Of a stretch of 64,000 bases of DNA, positions 9,916 through 23,040 are shown piece by piece. The stretch covers positions 17,763 through 81,762 of the forward strand of contig JBGANF010000021.1 of NCBI GenBank assembly GCA_044222475.1, given 5' to 3'. This DNA comes from Polyangiaceae bacterium. Lineage in GTDB: Bacteria > Myxococcota_A > Polyangia > Polyangiales > Polyangiaceae. The notes beneath the pieces are model-generated. The model was not told the origin of the DNA and made no database searches. It saw nothing but the letters and a program-made list of their open reading frames with translations. Numbering within the stretch: position 1 is the first letter of the stretch; each line of letters starts with the position of its first letter. The position numbers were made by a program, and so were the translations under genes.

Positions 9916-10446
9916 TCATCCGCAGGTGCAGTCGCGGCAGCCCGATTTCGCGCACGCCCCGCAGGCTGCGAGGACCCCTCGGCGAAGGGCTTCGCGAGCG
10001 CGGAACACGCGGACCGCCGCGTTGGTGCTCGTGATGGCGTTCGCCTGTGCGAACTCGGTCACCTTCGCGCCGTCCACCTCGATCGCGTTCAGCGCGGCGA
10101 CGTACTCGGGCTTCAAGCTCTCGGCCACGCGAACGACGCAGCGACACACCGACGCCGGGCGATGCTCGATCGCGTCGACCCTATCGTCGACCTCGGTCGC
10201 GAGATCGGCGAGGGCGCGATCCTCGGTGCCTCGCCGCCGATGCCGATCGATGATCGCGTTGCGAAGCGCTCGGTAGAACCACGCGACGACCGCGTCCTCG
10301 TCGCGGAGGTCGTCCTGATGCGTGACCGCCTTGGTGAGCGCGGCTTGGACGAGATCTTCGGCGAGCGCGCGGTCGCGGACGCGGTGCTCGACGAACGACA
10401 CGAAGTCGCCGCGGCGGGCGCTGAGGACGTCGATCGGCTGGGGCAT
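9916..10446 (-). CDS. corE: CorE-like (ECF44-type) metal-responsive ECF sigma factor
   Basis: sigma2 (AEDLVQ, AWFYRALRNAIIDRHRR), linker CxC (VCRCV), C-terminal CGACAKSGCRDCTC; alternative TTG start at 10458. Confidence 0.8.
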   Translation of the reverse strand: MPQPIDVLSARRGDFVSFVEHRVRDRALAEDLVQAALTKAVTHQDDLRDEDAVVAWFYRALRNAIIDRHRRRGTEDRALADLATEVDDRVDAIEHRPASVCRCVVRVAESLKPEYVAALNAIEVDGAKVTEFAQANAITSTNAAVRVFRAREALRRGVLAACGACAKSGCRDCTCG

Positions 10447-10467
10447 GACCTCCGCCAACGTGCATCG

Positions 10468-12672
10468 TCACGCGAACCTGCGCAAGCGCAGCGAGTTGAC
10501 GAGGACCGAGATGCTCGAGAGCGCCATCGCCGCGCTCGCGAACACCGGTGACAACGCCCAGCCCGTCAGCGGCAGCAGAACGCCCGCCGCGAGAGGAATC
10601 CCGACGACGTTGTAGACGAACGCCCACACGAAGTTCTGACGCACGGTACGCATCGCCGCGCGCGCGAGGCGGAGAGCGGTCGGCAAGCGTTCGATGCCGC
10701 CGCCGAGAAGCGCGAGATCGGCGAGCGCGAGGGCAACGTCCGCACCGCCCCCGATCGCGATGCCGACGTCGGCCGCAGCCAGCGCAGGGCCATCGTTGAC
10801 CCCGTCGCCGACCATCGCGACCACCCCGCGCGAACGGGCGGACGTCACGACACGCGCCTTCCCCTCGGGCAAGACCTCCGCCACCACGTCGGTGATCCCG
10901 ATGTCGGCCCCGATCGACTCCGCGACTTCCCGCCGGTCGCCGGTCACCATGGTGAGCTCGTACCCGGCGGCGCGGAGCTCGGAAGTGACTCGACGAGCTT
11001 CGGGGTTCGCGCGGTCCGCGATCGCGAGGACGCCGGCGACGGTTCCATCGATGACGGCCACGACGGCCGTTCGTCCTGCGCGGGCGTGCGTCGTCACCAG
11101 CGCCTGCGCCGCGCTCGAGCTCACGCCGCGCTCGTCGAGCCACGCCATCGTCCCCACCAGGATGGCGTGCCCGTTCGTCCGACCTTCGATCCCGGCGCCA
11201 TGGTGCGCGAGGAAGAAGTCCGGCGTGTCGATCGCGAGGCCCCGCTGCACGGCACCACGAACGATCGCGCGAGCGACGGGGTGCTCGCTTCGACTTTCGA
11301 CCGTCGCCACGAGCGAAAACCAGTCGGGGGAAGCGCCTTCGATCGCGTCCACCGACACGAGCTCCGGCTTCCCCTCGGTGAGGGTCCCCGTCTTGTCGAG
11401 GAGGATCGTGTCGACCCGACTCGCGGCTTCGAGCGCCTCACCGCCTCGGAGCAGGACACCGAGCTCGGCGCCACGGCCGGTCGCGGCCGCCACCGCCGCC
11501 GGCGTAGCGAGCCCGAGGGCGCACGGGCACGCGATGACGAGCACGGCGACGGCGCGCTCGAGCGCCACTGCACCGCCGACGCCTGTCGGATCGACCGAAA
11601 ACCAGACGAAGAAGGTGATGATCGCGATGACGACGACGACGGGAACGAAGATGGCGCTGATGCGATCGGCCAGGCGCGCGATCGGTGCCTTCGAGCCTTG
11701 AGCGCGTTCGATCGCCGCTGCGATCCGCGACAACGCCGAATCGCTCCCGAGACTCGTCGCGCGAACGACCAGGGCGCCCGGGCCGTTGAGCGATCCGCCG
11801 ACCACCGAGTCGCCGACCCGCTTGTCGATGGGCATGCTCTCGCCCGTGAGCATCGACTCGTCGACGCTCGATTCGCCGCTCTCGATCACCCCATCGGCGG
11901 CCAACCGTTCGCCGGGACGAACGAGGATGCGATCGCCGCGAGTGAGCGCTGCGACGTCGACGTCGACGATCGCTCCTCCGTCACCGAGGCGACGCGCGAT
12001 CTGTGGGCGGTGGGCGAGCAACGCAGTGACGGCGTCTCGAAGCTTCTCCTTGGCCTTTCCTTCGAGCATCTTCCCGATGAGGAGGAAGGTGACGACCGCA
12101 CCAGCCGCCTCGAAGTAGAGGTGCGGCGCGCGCCCGTGCGCCGCGTGGGGCATGAGGTCGGGAGCGAGCACTCCGACGAGCGAGTATCCGTAGGCCGCGG
12201 TCACTCCGAGGCTCACGAGCACGTTCATGTCCGCGCTCCCGTGACGCAGCGCGCCGAACGCTTGGCGAAAGAAGCGCCGCCCGGGCCCGAAGACGATCAA
12301 GGTCGCGAGGACGAGCTGAATCGTCCTGGCTGCAGGAGTGACGAACGCGGCTACGCCGTGCCCCATCCCGATGACGAGGAGCGGGGCCGTGAGCGCGATC
12401 GCCACGGCGAGCTCCGTTCGCGCATCCCTGTCCCCATTTGGTACAGGATCGCCGGTCGCACCGAGCGGCCTGGCGCGATACCCGGCACCCTCCACGGCGG
12501 CGACGAGCGCGGTCGCGTCGGCACGTGCTCCGTCGAACGACACCGTCGCGCGCTCGGTCACCAGGTTCACCGACGCCTCGTCGACGCCTCCGACCTTCGT
12601 GAGGGCACGTTCGACCCGCCCCACGCACGCAGCGCAGGTCATCCCTTCGATTTCGAGCTCGAGCTCCGACAT
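10468..12672 (-). CDS. copA: Cu(I)-exporting P1B-type ATPase
   Basis: HMA GMTCAAC, TGES, CPC, DKTGT, SEHP, GDGVND, YN and MALSS motifs; start ATG 12672. Confidence 0.95.
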   Translation of the reverse strand: MSELELEIEGMTCAACVGRVERALTKVGGVDEASVNLVTERATVSFDGARADATALVAAVEGAGYRARPLGATGDPVPNGDRDARTELAVAIALTAPLLVIGMGHGVAAFVTPAARTIQLVLATLIVFGPGRRFFRQAFGALRHGSADMNVLVSLGVTAAYGYSLVGVLAPDLMPHAAHGRAPHLYFEAAGAVVTFLLIGKMLEGKAKEKLRDAVTALLAHRPQIARRLGDGGAIVDVDVAALTRGDRILVRPGERLAADGVIESGESSVDESMLTGESMPIDKRVGDSVVGGSLNGPGALVVRATSLGSDSALSRIAAAIERAQGSKAPIARLADRISAIFVPVVVVIAIITFFVWFSVDPTGVGGAVALERAVAVLVIACPCALGLATPAAVAAATGRGAELGVLLRGGEALEAASRVDTILLDKTGTLTEGKPELVSVDAIEGASPDWFSLVATVESRSEHPVARAIVRGAVQRGLAIDTPDFFLAHHGAGIEGRTNGHAILVGTMAWLDERGVSSSAAQALVTTHARAGRTAVVAVIDGTVAGVLAIADRANPEARRVTSELRAAGYELTMVTGDRREVAESIGADIGITDVVAEVLPEGKARVVTSARSRGVVAMVGDGVNDGPALAAADVGIAIGGGADVALALADLALLGGGIERLPTALRLARAAMRTVRQNFVWAFVYNVVGIPLAAGVLLPLTGWALSPVFASAAMALSSISVLVNSLRLRRFA

Positions 12673-12691
12673 GGCGTCACCTCGCCGGGCC

Positions 12692-12717
12692 GACGCGGAG
12701 GGCGCTGAATCCTTACG
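12692..12717 (-). promoter_or_regulatory. Putative ECF (CorE) promoter for copA-corE
   Basis: Minus-strand CGTAAG-N16-CGTC, same geometry as two other sites. Confidence 0.7.
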
Positions 12718-12730
12718 GTCGATTTTTCTG

Positions 12731-12756
12731 CGTAAGATCCGTCGCGGTTCCGCGTC
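12731..12756 (+). promoter_or_regulatory. Putative ECF (CorE) promoter for the copZ operon
   Basis: CGTAAG-N16-CGTC. Confidence 0.7.
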
Positions 12757-12797
12757 AGCCCGGTTGAAGGACACGAAGTCCGGAAAGAAAGGTTCCC

Positions 12798-13010
12798 ATG
12801 GCGGTTCAACAAACGACCATCCAAGTACGCGGAATGACTTGCGGTTCCTGCGTACGCCACGTCGCCGGCGCGCTCCGCGCGAAAGACGGTGTCACGTCGG
12901 TGGACGTGCGCCTCGCCGACGGCGTGGCGTGCGTGATGCACGATCCCGGGGTCGCGTCGATCGGCGAGCTCCGACGTGCGATCGAGGAGGCAGGCTATGA
13001 AGCCGCTTGA
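12798..13010 (+). CDS. copZ: HMA-domain copper chaperone
   Basis: 70 aa, GMTCGSC, AIEEAGY. Confidence 0.9.
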   Translation: MAVQQTTIQVRGMTCGSCVRHVAGALRAKDGVTSVDVRLADGVACVMHDPGVASIGELRRAIEEAGYEAA

Positions 13011-13050
13011 AATGTCGTCACGGATCTCGGTTTCGTGGCTAGTAGCGCTC

Positions 13051-13356
13051 ATGCGCCACGCTCGCCACATCCCCTCCCTGCTGTGCGGGGTCTTCGCCGT
13101 CGGCTGCGCGACGGGTGATCTTCCCCCGCGCACGATGTCCGACCCGGCGAACCCCGCTGCGAAAGAAGGACTTCGCTTCGTCATCGAAAGCCCGATGACC
13201 GACGCTGCCACCGCGGATGCCGGTGGTCACGAGCACCACCACGGCGCGACCAGCGCGGAGACGGGCACGCTCTACACGTGCCCGATGCACCCCGAGGTCG
13301 TGCAAGATCACCCCGGCTCGTGCCCGAAGTGCGGGATGACGTTGAAGGCAAAGTGA
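13051..13356 (+). CDS. Lipoprotein with His tract and heavy-metal-binding domain
   Basis: Lipobox [18 protein letters not shown]...CPKCGMTL. Confidence 0.85.
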   Translation: MRHARHIPSLLCGVFAVGCATGDLPPRTMSDPANPAAKEGLRFVIESPMTDAATADAGGHEHHHGATSAETGTLYTCPMHPEVVQDHPGSCPKCGMTLKAK

Positions 13357-14717
13357 TGAGACGCCCGCTGCTCACCCTCGCCGCGCTCGCCTTCTCCGCG
13401 AGCGCGGCTTTGGGCTGCGCCTCCACGTCCCCGCGCGCGGCCGTCGCCGACGCGTCGAAGCTCGTCCAGGAGCGAAACGGGCAGGTCGTGACCTGGCTCG
13501 CGAACCCAGAGGAGGACGCGAAGGCCGAACGAGCAGTCCAAGAAATCCTCGCCAAGGACCTCTCGCTCGACGGCGCGATTCAGGTTGCGCTGCTCCGCAA
13601 TCGAACGCTCCAGGCTCACTACGAGGAGCTCGGCGTCGCCCAGGCAGACCTCGTGCAAGCCGGCCTGCTCAAGAACCCGACGTTGAGCGGGACGTTTCGC
13701 TTCCCCCTCGATCCCGGCCACGAGACCGGGATCGAGGCGAGCCTCGTCGGCAGCTTCCTGGAGCTCCTGACGATGGCGTCCCGGAAGAAGATCGCGCGCC
13801 TCGCGCTCGAAGGCACCGAGTACCGCGTGGCGAGCGCGGTCATCGAGCACGTCGCCGAGACGAAGGAGGCGTACTACGCACTCCAGGCAGCGCAGCAGAC
13901 GTACGCGATGCGCACGATCGTGCGCGACGCTGCACAGGCAGCGGTCGAGCTCGCGCGACGCCAGAACGCCGCCGGCACGATCAACGATCTGGAGCTCGCC
14001 AACGAAGAGGCGCTCTACGCGCAGGTATCACTCGATCTCGTACGCTCTTCGAGCGACGTCGTCGCAGCGCGCGAGGAGCTCAACCGCGCGATGGGAACGT
14101 GGGGCCAGACGACGGACTGGCGCGTCGAGAGCAAGCTCCCCCCGCTGCCGGTGGCCGATCCCGAGCTCGAGGGGCTCGAGTCTCGCGCCGTCTCCGAGCG
14201 CTTCGACTTGAAAGCCGCGCATCGCGACGTGGAGGTGATCTCCTACGGTCTCTCGCTCGCCAAGAACACCCGATGGTTCGGTGGAGTCGACGCCGGGGTG
14301 AGCTTCGAGAAGAAACCAGAAGGCGTTCGACTCATCGGTCCGACGATCAGCCTCGAGATCCCGATCTTCGATCAGCGCCAGGCGACGATCGCCCGCATCG
14401 AGGCCGAGCTCCGCCAAGCGCAGGATCGCGAAGCCGCGCTCGCGATCGACGCGCGCTCGCGAATTCGCGAGCTCCACGGAAAACTGGGATTCGCACGCGT
14501 CGTCGCCGAGGGCTACGCGAAGACACTGGTTCCGCTGCGTGAACGCATCGTGATCCTGTCGCAGCAGCAGTACGACGCCATGCTCCTCGGCGTGTTCCAG
14601 CTCCTCGCCGCGAAGCAGGCCGAGATCTCGGCCTACCGCGATTTTCTCGATGCCTTGAAGACCTACTGGACGCTCCGTGCGGAGCTCGAAATGGAAGTCG
14701 GAGGAAAGTTGCCATGA
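13356..14717 (+). CDS. TolC family lipoprotein paired with a multicopper oxidase
   Basis: TGATG overlap, lipobox [31 protein letters not shown]. Confidence 0.88.
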   Translation: MRRPLLTLAALAFSASAALGCASTSPRAAVADASKLVQERNGQVVTWLANPEEDAKAERAVQEILAKDLSLDGAIQVALLRNRTLQAHYEELGVAQADLVQAGLLKNPTLSGTFRFPLDPGHETGIEASLVGSFLELLTMASRKKIARLALEGTEYRVASAVIEHVAETKEAYYALQAAQQTYAMRTIVRDAAQAAVELARRQNAAGTINDLELANEEALYAQVSLDLVRSSSDVVAAREELNRAMGTWGQTTDWRVESKLPPLPVADPELEGLESRAVSERFDLKAAHRDVEVISYGLSLAKNTRWFGGVDAGVSFEKKPEGVRLIGPTISLEIPIFDQRQATIARIEAELRQAQDREAALAIDARSRIRELHGKLGFARVVAEGYAKTLVPLRERIVILSQQQYDAMLLGVFQLLAAKQAEISAYRDFLDALKTYWTLRAELEMEVGGKLP

Positions 14718-15949
14718 CGATCTCCCGTCGCGATTTGCTCGGAGTCGCATCGTTTGCCGCCGGCGCAGCGGCGCTTCTCTCGAAGACCAAGATGGCCGAC
14801 GCGGCGCCGCCGCCCGCCGACCCGGCGCTGCCGTACGTCCCGGTGATCATGCCCAACGGCGCGACGCTCCCGTGGACGATGAAGGACGGCGTCAAGGAGT
14901 TCCGCCTCGTCGCCGAGAAGGTGAAGCACGAGGTCGCGCCGGGGATGGTCATCAACGCGTGGGGCTACAACGGTCGCACGCCCGGACCCACGATCGAGGT
15001 CGTCGAGGGCGACCGCGTGCGCATCTTCGTCGAGAACAAACTCCCCGAGCGCACGAGCGTGCACTGGCACGGCATCTTCTTGCCCAACGGCATGGACGGG
15101 GTCGCCGGCTTGAACCAACCGCACATCGAGCCGGGCGAGACCTACGTCTACGAGTTCACTCTGCGGCAGACCGGCGTGCACATGTACCACCCGCACTCGG
15201 ACGAGATGGTCCAGATGGCGATGGGGATGAGCGGCTTCTTCGTCGTGCACCCGAAGGTCGCCGAGACGCCGCGCGTCGATCGCCATTTCCTGATCATGCT
15301 GCACGAGTGGTTCGTCACGCCCGGCACCGCGACGCCGAACCCGAACATCATGAACGACTTCAACCTGTTCACCTTGAACAGCCGCGCGTGGCCCGGGACC
15401 GACGCGCTCGTGGTTCGCACCGGGCAGCGCGTGCGAGTGAGCTTCGGCAACCTCAGCATGGACAGCCACCCGTTCCATCTCCACGGGTACCGCTTCTGGC
15501 ACGCCGCGACCGACGGCGGCACGATCCCGCCGAGCGCGCGCGTCCCGATGACGACGATCAACGTGCCGGTCGGCTCGACCCAGACCGTCGAGTGGGTCGC
15601 CGACGTGCCCGGCGACTGGGCGTTCCACTGCCACAAGTCGCACCACACGATGAACGCGATGAACCACGAGGTGCCGAACATGCTCGGCGTCTCGCAGGCC
15701 GGCGTCGAAGACAAGGTGCGGGCCGTGCTGCCCGACTACATGGCCATGGGCGAGAACGGCATGGGCAACATGATGAACATGGGGCGGCCCAAGAACACGC
15801 TGCCGATGATGACCGGAACCGGCCCGTTCGGACCGATCGAGATGGGCGGCATGTTCACCGTGCTCAAGGTGCGCGACGGCATCACGAGCTTCGGCGATCC
15901 CGGCTGGTACAAACACCCCGACGGAACGGTTGCGAAGAAAGTCACCTGA
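14714..15949 (+). CDS. Tat-exported multicopper oxidase, probably two-domain, with Met-rich tail
   Basis: [34 protein letters not shown]. Confidence 0.92.
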   Translation: MTISRRDLLGVASFAAGAAALLSKTKMADAAPPPADPALPYVPVIMPNGATLPWTMKDGVKEFRLVAEKVKHEVAPGMVINAWGYNGRTPGPTIEVVEGDRVRIFVENKLPERTSVHWHGIFLPNGMDGVAGLNQPHIEPGETYVYEFTLRQTGVHMYHPHSDEMVQMAMGMSGFFVVHPKVAETPRVDRHFLIMLHEWFVTPGTATPNPNIMNDFNLFTLNSRAWPGTDALVVRTGQRVRVSFGNLSMDSHPFHLHGYRFWHAATDGGTIPPSARVPMTTINVPVGSTQTVEWVADVPGDWAFHCHKSHHTMNAMNHEVPNMLGVSQAGVEDKVRAVLPDYMAMGENGMGNMMNMGRPKNTLPMMTGTGPFGPIEMGGMFTVLKVRDGITSFGDPGWYKHPDGTVAKKVT

Positions 15950-15969
15950 CGTCGTCGCGGGCGTTCGAC

Positions 15970-15995
15970 CGTAATCACCGCGCAGCCTCTGCGTC
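15970..15995 (+). promoter_or_regulatory. Putative ECF (CorE) promoter for the second copA
   Basis: CGTAAT-N16-CGTC followed by an AGGAGG RBS and ATG 16015. Confidence 0.68.
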
Positions 15996-16014
15996 TTCAC
16001 TTCAGGAGGACGAC

Positions 16015-18123
<2,109 letters not shown>

Positions 18124-18154
18124 AGAACGGATAGGATTTGGGGTGGAGGGACCG

Positions 18155-18670
18155 ATGAGGCTTTTACCCCTGATTTCGGGCTTGCTCTTCGTGGTCGGGA
18201 TCACGGCCGCTGGCTGCGGCGGATCGGACGGGGGTCCGGTGTACGCGCAGGGCTCCGCAGGCGGCGCCTGTTACCCGAACGCCACGTGCAACGCCGGGCT
18301 CGCTTGCGTCGGTGGTGTGTGCGTCACGTCGAGCAACGACGCCGGCAGTGACGTGGGAGTCACCGACACCGGCACCGCCGACGTCTTCAACGACGCCGGG
18401 CAGCCGTGCCCGGGCGCGACCATCAACCACCCGAGCGACAACGAGACGCGCGGCGTGAACACGTCGGTTCCGTTCATCGGCAACGCGCGCGACGCCAAGT
18501 GCGCCCCCATCACCGGGCAGAACCTCGCGTGGGACGACAACGGCACGCCGATCGGCACGGGCGCTTCGTTCAACTACTCGTTCACGACGACCGGAACGCG
18601 CACGATCACCCTCGTCGCCACCGACGGCGCAGCCAAGTACAAGGCGACGATCAAGCTGAACGTCAATTGA
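18155..18670 (+). CDS. Lipoprotein with Cys motif and PKD/Ig-like C-terminus
   Basis: Lipobox AAGC, CYPNATCNAGLACVGGVC, FTTTGTRTITLVATD. Confidence 0.7.
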   Translation: MRLLPLISGLLFVVGITAAGCGGSDGGPVYAQGSAGGACYPNATCNAGLACVGGVCVTSSNDAGSDVGVTDTGTADVFNDAGQPCPGATINHPSDNETRGVNTSVPFIGNARDAKCAPITGQNLAWDDNGTPIGTGASFNYSFTTTGTRTITLVATDGAAKYKATIKLNVN

Positions 18671-18722
18671 CCGTCACCTCGATGTCTCCGGTCGCGACGA
18701 TCCGCTGCACGTCGAAGCGCAT
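18663..18722 (-). pseudogene. Remnant 3' end of a paralog of the 20341..20910 lipoprotein
   Basis: Translates FDVQRIVATGDIEVTVN* versus FDAQRIVATGD...LEVTVP* at about 20341-20440. Confidence 0.6.
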
Positions 18723-18985
18723 CCGGCGACGAGCACGTCGAAGATGTTCGGCGGGATCCGGTCCGTCGGCTGGCAGTGAATCCCCATGAAACTGTCCGCT
18801 TCGTCGACAATGTCCCGGTTTGGTACAGATCCCTTCCCGCTCCCGCTCCTGCTCCCGAGCGTCAGGTTCGCGGTCTTGGGCCGGAGGGCACGCTACGTGC
18901 CTAGGCGTTTTTCCGCAGCCTGCTAGAGTGCTCTTGGGGCATCGTCCGAGGTTGCGCTCGGATACCACGTGCCCAGGGAGACTCG

Positions 18986-20320
18986 ATGAGGCGGATCGCT
19001 TGGATCGTCGTTGGATGCTTTGGGGTCGGCGTAGCCGGCGTCGCCCTCGTCACCTGCGTTGGAGACACGCCCGCGGTGCTCGCGGACGCAGGGTTCGAGT
19101 CGTCGACGGTCGACGACGGCGGCTGCGCGGCGCGCTCCGTGACCGAGTCGACGGCCATCTTCGTCAACATCAACGGCACCGACTCCCCGCAATGTGGAAG
19201 CGCCGCCAGCCCGTGCCAGACGATCCAGTTCGGGCTGAACCAGGCCAAAGCTCTCACGAGGACCACGGTCTACGTGGCGCGAGGCACCTACAAGGAGAGC
19301 ATCAAGCTCTCTCCCGGCATCACCCTCGAGGGTGGTTGGGACACCCTGTCGGGCAAATGGATTCCAGCTTGCGGTGCCGACTTGCTGGGAGCCGTGAAGC
19401 TCCAGATGCCGGACGCGACGAACGTGGTCGTGACCGCCGACTTCGCTGGCTCTGCGACCCTCCGCAATCTCACCGTCCTCGGCAAGGCGGCGAGCCCCGC
19501 GCCAGGGGAATCGCTGTACGGCGTCTTCGCCAAGACCGCGAGCATCGCGCTGGAGTCGGTGGCGGTGAGCGTCGGTGCAGCGGGACCGGGCGCCGGAGGC
19601 GACGCGGGAGCACCCGGCTCCGACGGTGGCATCAAGTGCGCGACCAGCAACGGTGGCGCGGGCTCGCCAGGAACACCCGGCCCCGGAGGCGACGGAGGGC
19701 TCGTCGGGCCCACCGGCTACGTGCCGGCGAACGGTGCCGCGGGAGGCAGCAATGGAACGGCCGGCAACAACGGCACCTGCACCGCTGCGTGTGGAGGCAA
19801 CGAGTTCACGATCTGCAAACCGAACACCGTGAACTGCAGCAAGGCGCAAGGCTGCGTGAACCAACTCGCTGGCTGTGGTGGTACGCCGGGGAAAGGGGGG
19901 TTGGGAGGCGGCGGCGGCGGCAGCAGCATCGCGGTGTTCGGGTGGGACGCCAAGTTCACCGTCAGCGGAGGGTCGTTCAGCGGCGGCAACGGTGGCAACG
20001 GCGGAGCAGGCGGCCCGGGCGGATCGGGAGGAACCGGCGGCGGTGGCTCGACGGAGCAGGAGGGCTGCGCCAGCTGCATCAGCGGCAACAACTGCGCGAC
20101 CGTCGGCAACACGACCCTGGCTACCGGGGGCGCGGGTGGGACCGGCGGGCCTGGCGGCACCGGAGGTGGCGGCGCAGGCGGCTGGTCGTTCGGCATCTAC
20201 GCTGGCGGCACGGGTACGATCACCGTCGTCAACGCGCCGGTGTACCAACATGGTACGCCTGGCGCCGCCGGAACGCCCAACGGCGCGGTCGGGCAAGCGG
20301 GAGATCGTTTCCCACCGTGA
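18986..20320 (+). CDS. Gly-rich PGRS-like secreted protein with DUF1565-like N-terminus
   Basis: GTDSPQCGSAASPCQTIQ, VYVARGTYKE, GGGGGSSIAV repeats. Confidence 0.8.
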   Translation: MRRIAWIVVGCFGVGVAGVALVTCVGDTPAVLADAGFESSTVDDGGCAARSVTESTAIFVNINGTDSPQCGSAASPCQTIQFGLNQAKALTRTTVYVARGTYKESIKLSPGITLEGGWDTLSGKWIPACGADLLGAVKLQMPDATNVVVTADFAGSATLRNLTVLGKAASPAPGESLYGVFAKTASIALESVAVSVGAAGPGAGGDAGAPGSDGGIKCATSNGGAGSPGTPGPGGDGGLVGPTGYVPANGAAGGSNGTAGNNGTCTAACGGNEFTICKPNTVNCSKAQGCVNQLAGCGGTPGKGGLGGGGGGSSIAVFGWDAKFTVSGGSFSGGNGGNGGAGGPGGSGGTGGGGSTEQEGCASCISGNNCATVGNTTLATGGAGGTGGPGGTGGGGAGGWSFGIYAGGTGTITVVNAPVYQHGTPGAAGTPNGAVGQAGDRFPP

Positions 20321-20340
20321 CTCGGACGGCGTTTCACTGA

Positions 20341-20910
20341 TCAGGGGACGGTCACCTCGAGCACGAGCGGCGACAGCTTTCCGCCGCAGTCGCCGATGCC
20401 GTCACCGGTCGCCACGATACGCTGGGCGTCGAAGCTCACCTTCGTCCCCGACGGGAGCGCCTGCAGCGGCTCGAAGGCTGCCCGCAGCTCGGTGTACTCG
20501 CTGCACGCGCTCATCATGTAGAGCTGGAGCGACGAGTCCGGCGGCGGCGTCTGGACGCGAGGGTCCCGAGAGACGACGTGCGCGCCGGGGTACTGGATCG
20601 CGAGCGGCGACTGGTTCCGGAACCGCACGTGGAGGTGCCCATGCGCGTGAGCGGCCCACGGCGTCGAGCCCTGGTCCCACTCGACCCCGAGCACGTCGAC
20701 GGCGAAGCCCGACTGCGCCTGGCTGCACGAGTCGAGCGTCGCCACCGGTCCGTCGGGGGCGGGCACGCACGTCTGGGGCACGGCGACGACGTCGGTGGGG
20801 ACGTCCTTCGGCGTGCCCTCGGTGGGGGAGCCGAGGCGATCGGAGACTTGCCCGCCGCACGCGACGGCGAGCGCGACGAGACCACAAGCGAAGAGCGAAG
20901 AGGATTTCAT
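20341..20910 (-). CDS. Hypothetical lipoprotein
   Basis: ATG 20910 with AAGG RBS, MKSSSLFACGLVALAVAC lipobox. Confidence 0.7.
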   Translation of the reverse strand: MKSSSLFACGLVALAVACGGQVSDRLGSPTEGTPKDVPTDVVAVPQTCVPAPDGPVATLDSCSQAQSGFAVDVLGVEWDQGSTPWAAHAHGHLHVRFRNQSPLAIQYPGAHVVSRDPRVQTPPPDSSLQLYMMSACSEYTELRAAFEPLQALPSGTKVSFDAQRIVATGDGIGDCGGKLSPLVLEVTVP

Positions 20911-21150
20911 CCTTCGATCTTGGCCACGATCCATTGAACGGACCAGCGAGATTTTCTTTACTCGATCGTACGCAAGATCCTCATGAACCTCGAAACGTCG
21001 GCGCTCAGAGCTCTCGCGTCGCAGGACCGCGGTCCTGGAGCTGATTCGCCAGTCGAGGCTACGATCAATCGAAGCCCGCTGCGGATCGAGACCGCGACCG
21101 AAGCTGCCGCGATCGACGAGCGCATCGCGCGAATCCCTAGTAGGTGCCAC

Positions 21151-21852
21151 ATGACCTCCCAAGAAGAACTCCGCCAGCTGACCGACGAAGAACGCGCGTA
21201 CTACTCGCTCAGCCGGCGTGTCTACGCCGTCTTCGCGCACGTCTACGATGGCGTGGTCTTCCCGTTCCGGAAGCTCCGGCACGAAGCTGCGCACATGGTC
21301 GATCTCCCACGCGGCGGAAGGCTCCTCGACGTCGCTACGGGAACGGGACAGCAGGCGTTCGCCTTCGCCGAGAAGGCGCGCGAGGTCGTTGGTGTCGACT
21401 TGTCCGAGGCCATGCTGCGCGTCGCTCGGCGAAAGAACCGGTTCCCGAACGTCAGCTTCCAGCGAGCCGACGCCGCCGAGCTGCCGTTCGAGGACGATAG
21501 CTTCGACGCGTCGTGCATATCCTTCGCCCTCCACGAGATGCCGAGCAGCGTCCGCGAGCGCGTGGTGCGCGAGATGGCAAGGGTGACCAAGCCGAGAGGC
21601 TCGATCACCATCGTCGACTACGGGCTGCCGAAGAGCTTGATGGCGGGCGCGCTCGTCTACCGCGTCATCAAGCTCTACGAGCACGACTACTACGCCGAAT
21701 TCGTGAAGTCGGACTGGCGAGCCCTGCTCGAGAGCGCGGGCGTTGAGGTGTCGGAAGAACGTCCTGCGCTACGCCGGATGGCGAGGATCATGACGGGCCG
21801 CAAAGCCGTTCCCGCGGCGCGGATCCGCCCGGACGCGGAGAGACTTCGGTGA
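21151..21852 (+). CDS. Class I SAM-dependent methyltransferase (UbiE-like)
   Basis: LLDVATGTG, GVDLSEAML, DAAELPFEDDSFD, FALHEMP. Confidence 0.9.
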   Translation: MTSQEELRQLTDEERAYYSLSRRVYAVFAHVYDGVVFPFRKLRHEAAHMVDLPRGGRLLDVATGTGQQAFAFAEKAREVVGVDLSEAMLRVARRKNRFPNVSFQRADAAELPFEDDSFDASCISFALHEMPSSVRERVVREMARVTKPRGSITIVDYGLPKSLMAGALVYRVIKLYEHDYYAEFVKSDWRALLESAGVEVSEERPALRRMARIMTGRKAVPAARIRPDAERLR

Positions 21853-21891
21853 GGATCTGATCGTCGCGCGCTGCGTCCCGGACTTCGTCAC

Positions 21892-23025
21892 TCAATTCGA
21901 GCAGGGCTCTTCCTTCATCACCACCGCCGTGCCGCTCCACTTCAGCGAGCCCTTGATGGTCCCGCACATCGTCTCGAACGAGTAGGCGATGTCGTTGCCC
22001 TTCGCCGCGACGGTGGGCGGCGATTCTCCCGTCTTGTGCGAGAACAGGAGCGATAGCTTCCCGCTCGCATCGCGACGGAAGACGCCGATCGCGCCGTAGT
22101 CCTGATTCACGTCGCCCTTGGGTTTGCCGAGCTTCGCCGGGTCGTCGACGATCGTCGCGACGAGGAGCTCGTTCGACGCGTCCGGGTGCCACGTCCACAC
22201 GTTGACGAGCGCAGGCGCGTACGTGATCCATCCGGTCGTCGTGACCTGCATCAGATCCTTCGCCTTGCGGAACTCCTCCGGGAGGAGCTTCACCGCGGCG
22301 GCGGAGAGCTCCGGCTCCTTGCGCGGTCCGACGAGCACTCCGCCCGCCGCGCTCGCGACCGCGACGGCCTTCTTGAAGTCCTCGTCGTTGCGCACCGACT
22401 CGAGGTCGGCGTCGCTCTTCGCCTTCTCGAGCGAGTTCACCGCGGATGCGTCGCCGGCGTCGGCCGCGCGCGCGAGCTCTTGGATCGCCCACACGGCGTC
22501 CTTGGCCTTACCCTCGAGCGCGAGCCCGCACGCGAGGTTGAAGCGAGGCGTCACCGCCGAGGGCCGCACGACGAGGGCCGCGCGCCACCAGCGGTCGGCC
22601 TCGGCGTAGGCCTTGGCCTTGTAGCGTTCGTAGCCGCCGTCGTTGAGTGCGTTCGCGAGGTCCTTGCGGGTCGCGGCGCACGTGGTGGCGCCGAGCTCGG
22701 CGGCGAGCGCCGCCGGATCGGTCGTGCCGGCGCTCATCGCCGCGTCCTTGCCGGACGAGAGCGCGGTGATGCGCGTCTTGGCGGCGGCGGTCGTGGTGCA
22801 TTTCGTGCCCGTCGGATCCGCGGCCCACACCGGGATCTCGCCGGTGCCGGCCACGGTGCGCGACGTGGCCGCCGGAGCGGCGGCGGCGGACGCGCTCGGC
22901 GCCGCGCTCGTCGCGGCGGTCGCGGCCGAGGCCGAGGTCGTCGTCGTCGTGGCGGTCTTGTCGGTCTTGGAGCACGCCGGGACGCAGCACACGGCGCAGA
23001 GAAGGAGCAGTCGAGCCCGATTCAT
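21892..23025 (-). CDS. TPR-like lipoprotein
   Basis: Lipobox VPAC, Thr/Ala linker, helical repeat with FNLACGLAL and AKSDADLESVR. Confidence 0.72.
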   Translation of the reverse strand: MNRARLLLLCAVCCVPACSKTDKTATTTTTSASAATAATSAAPSASAAAAPAATSRTVAGTGEIPVWAADPTGTKCTTTAAAKTRITALSSGKDAAMSAGTTDPAALAAELGATTCAATRKDLANALNDGGYERYKAKAYAEADRWWRAALVVRPSAVTPRFNLACGLALEGKAKDAVWAIQELARAADAGDASAVNSLEKAKSDADLESVRNDEDFKKAVAVASAAGGVLVGPRKEPELSAAAVKLLPEEFRKAKDLMQVTTTGWITYAPALVNVWTWHPDASNELLVATIVDDPAKLGKPKGDVNQDYGAIGVFRRDASGKLSLLFSHKTGESPPTVAAKGNDIAYSFETMCGTIKGSLKWSGTAVVMKEEPCSN

Positions 23026-23040
23026 CGCGGCAGCGTAGCG

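Noticed and set aside
18886..18901. GGCAC-GCTAC-GTGCC palindrome matching GG-N10-GC on both strands
   Set aside because: Ambiguous between a sigma54 site, an operator and chance in GC-rich DNA; single occurrence
19560..20300. Repeat array or CRISPR in the GGC-rich stretch
   Set aside because: These are Gly-rich codons of a PGRS-like protein, with no constant repeat-spacer structure
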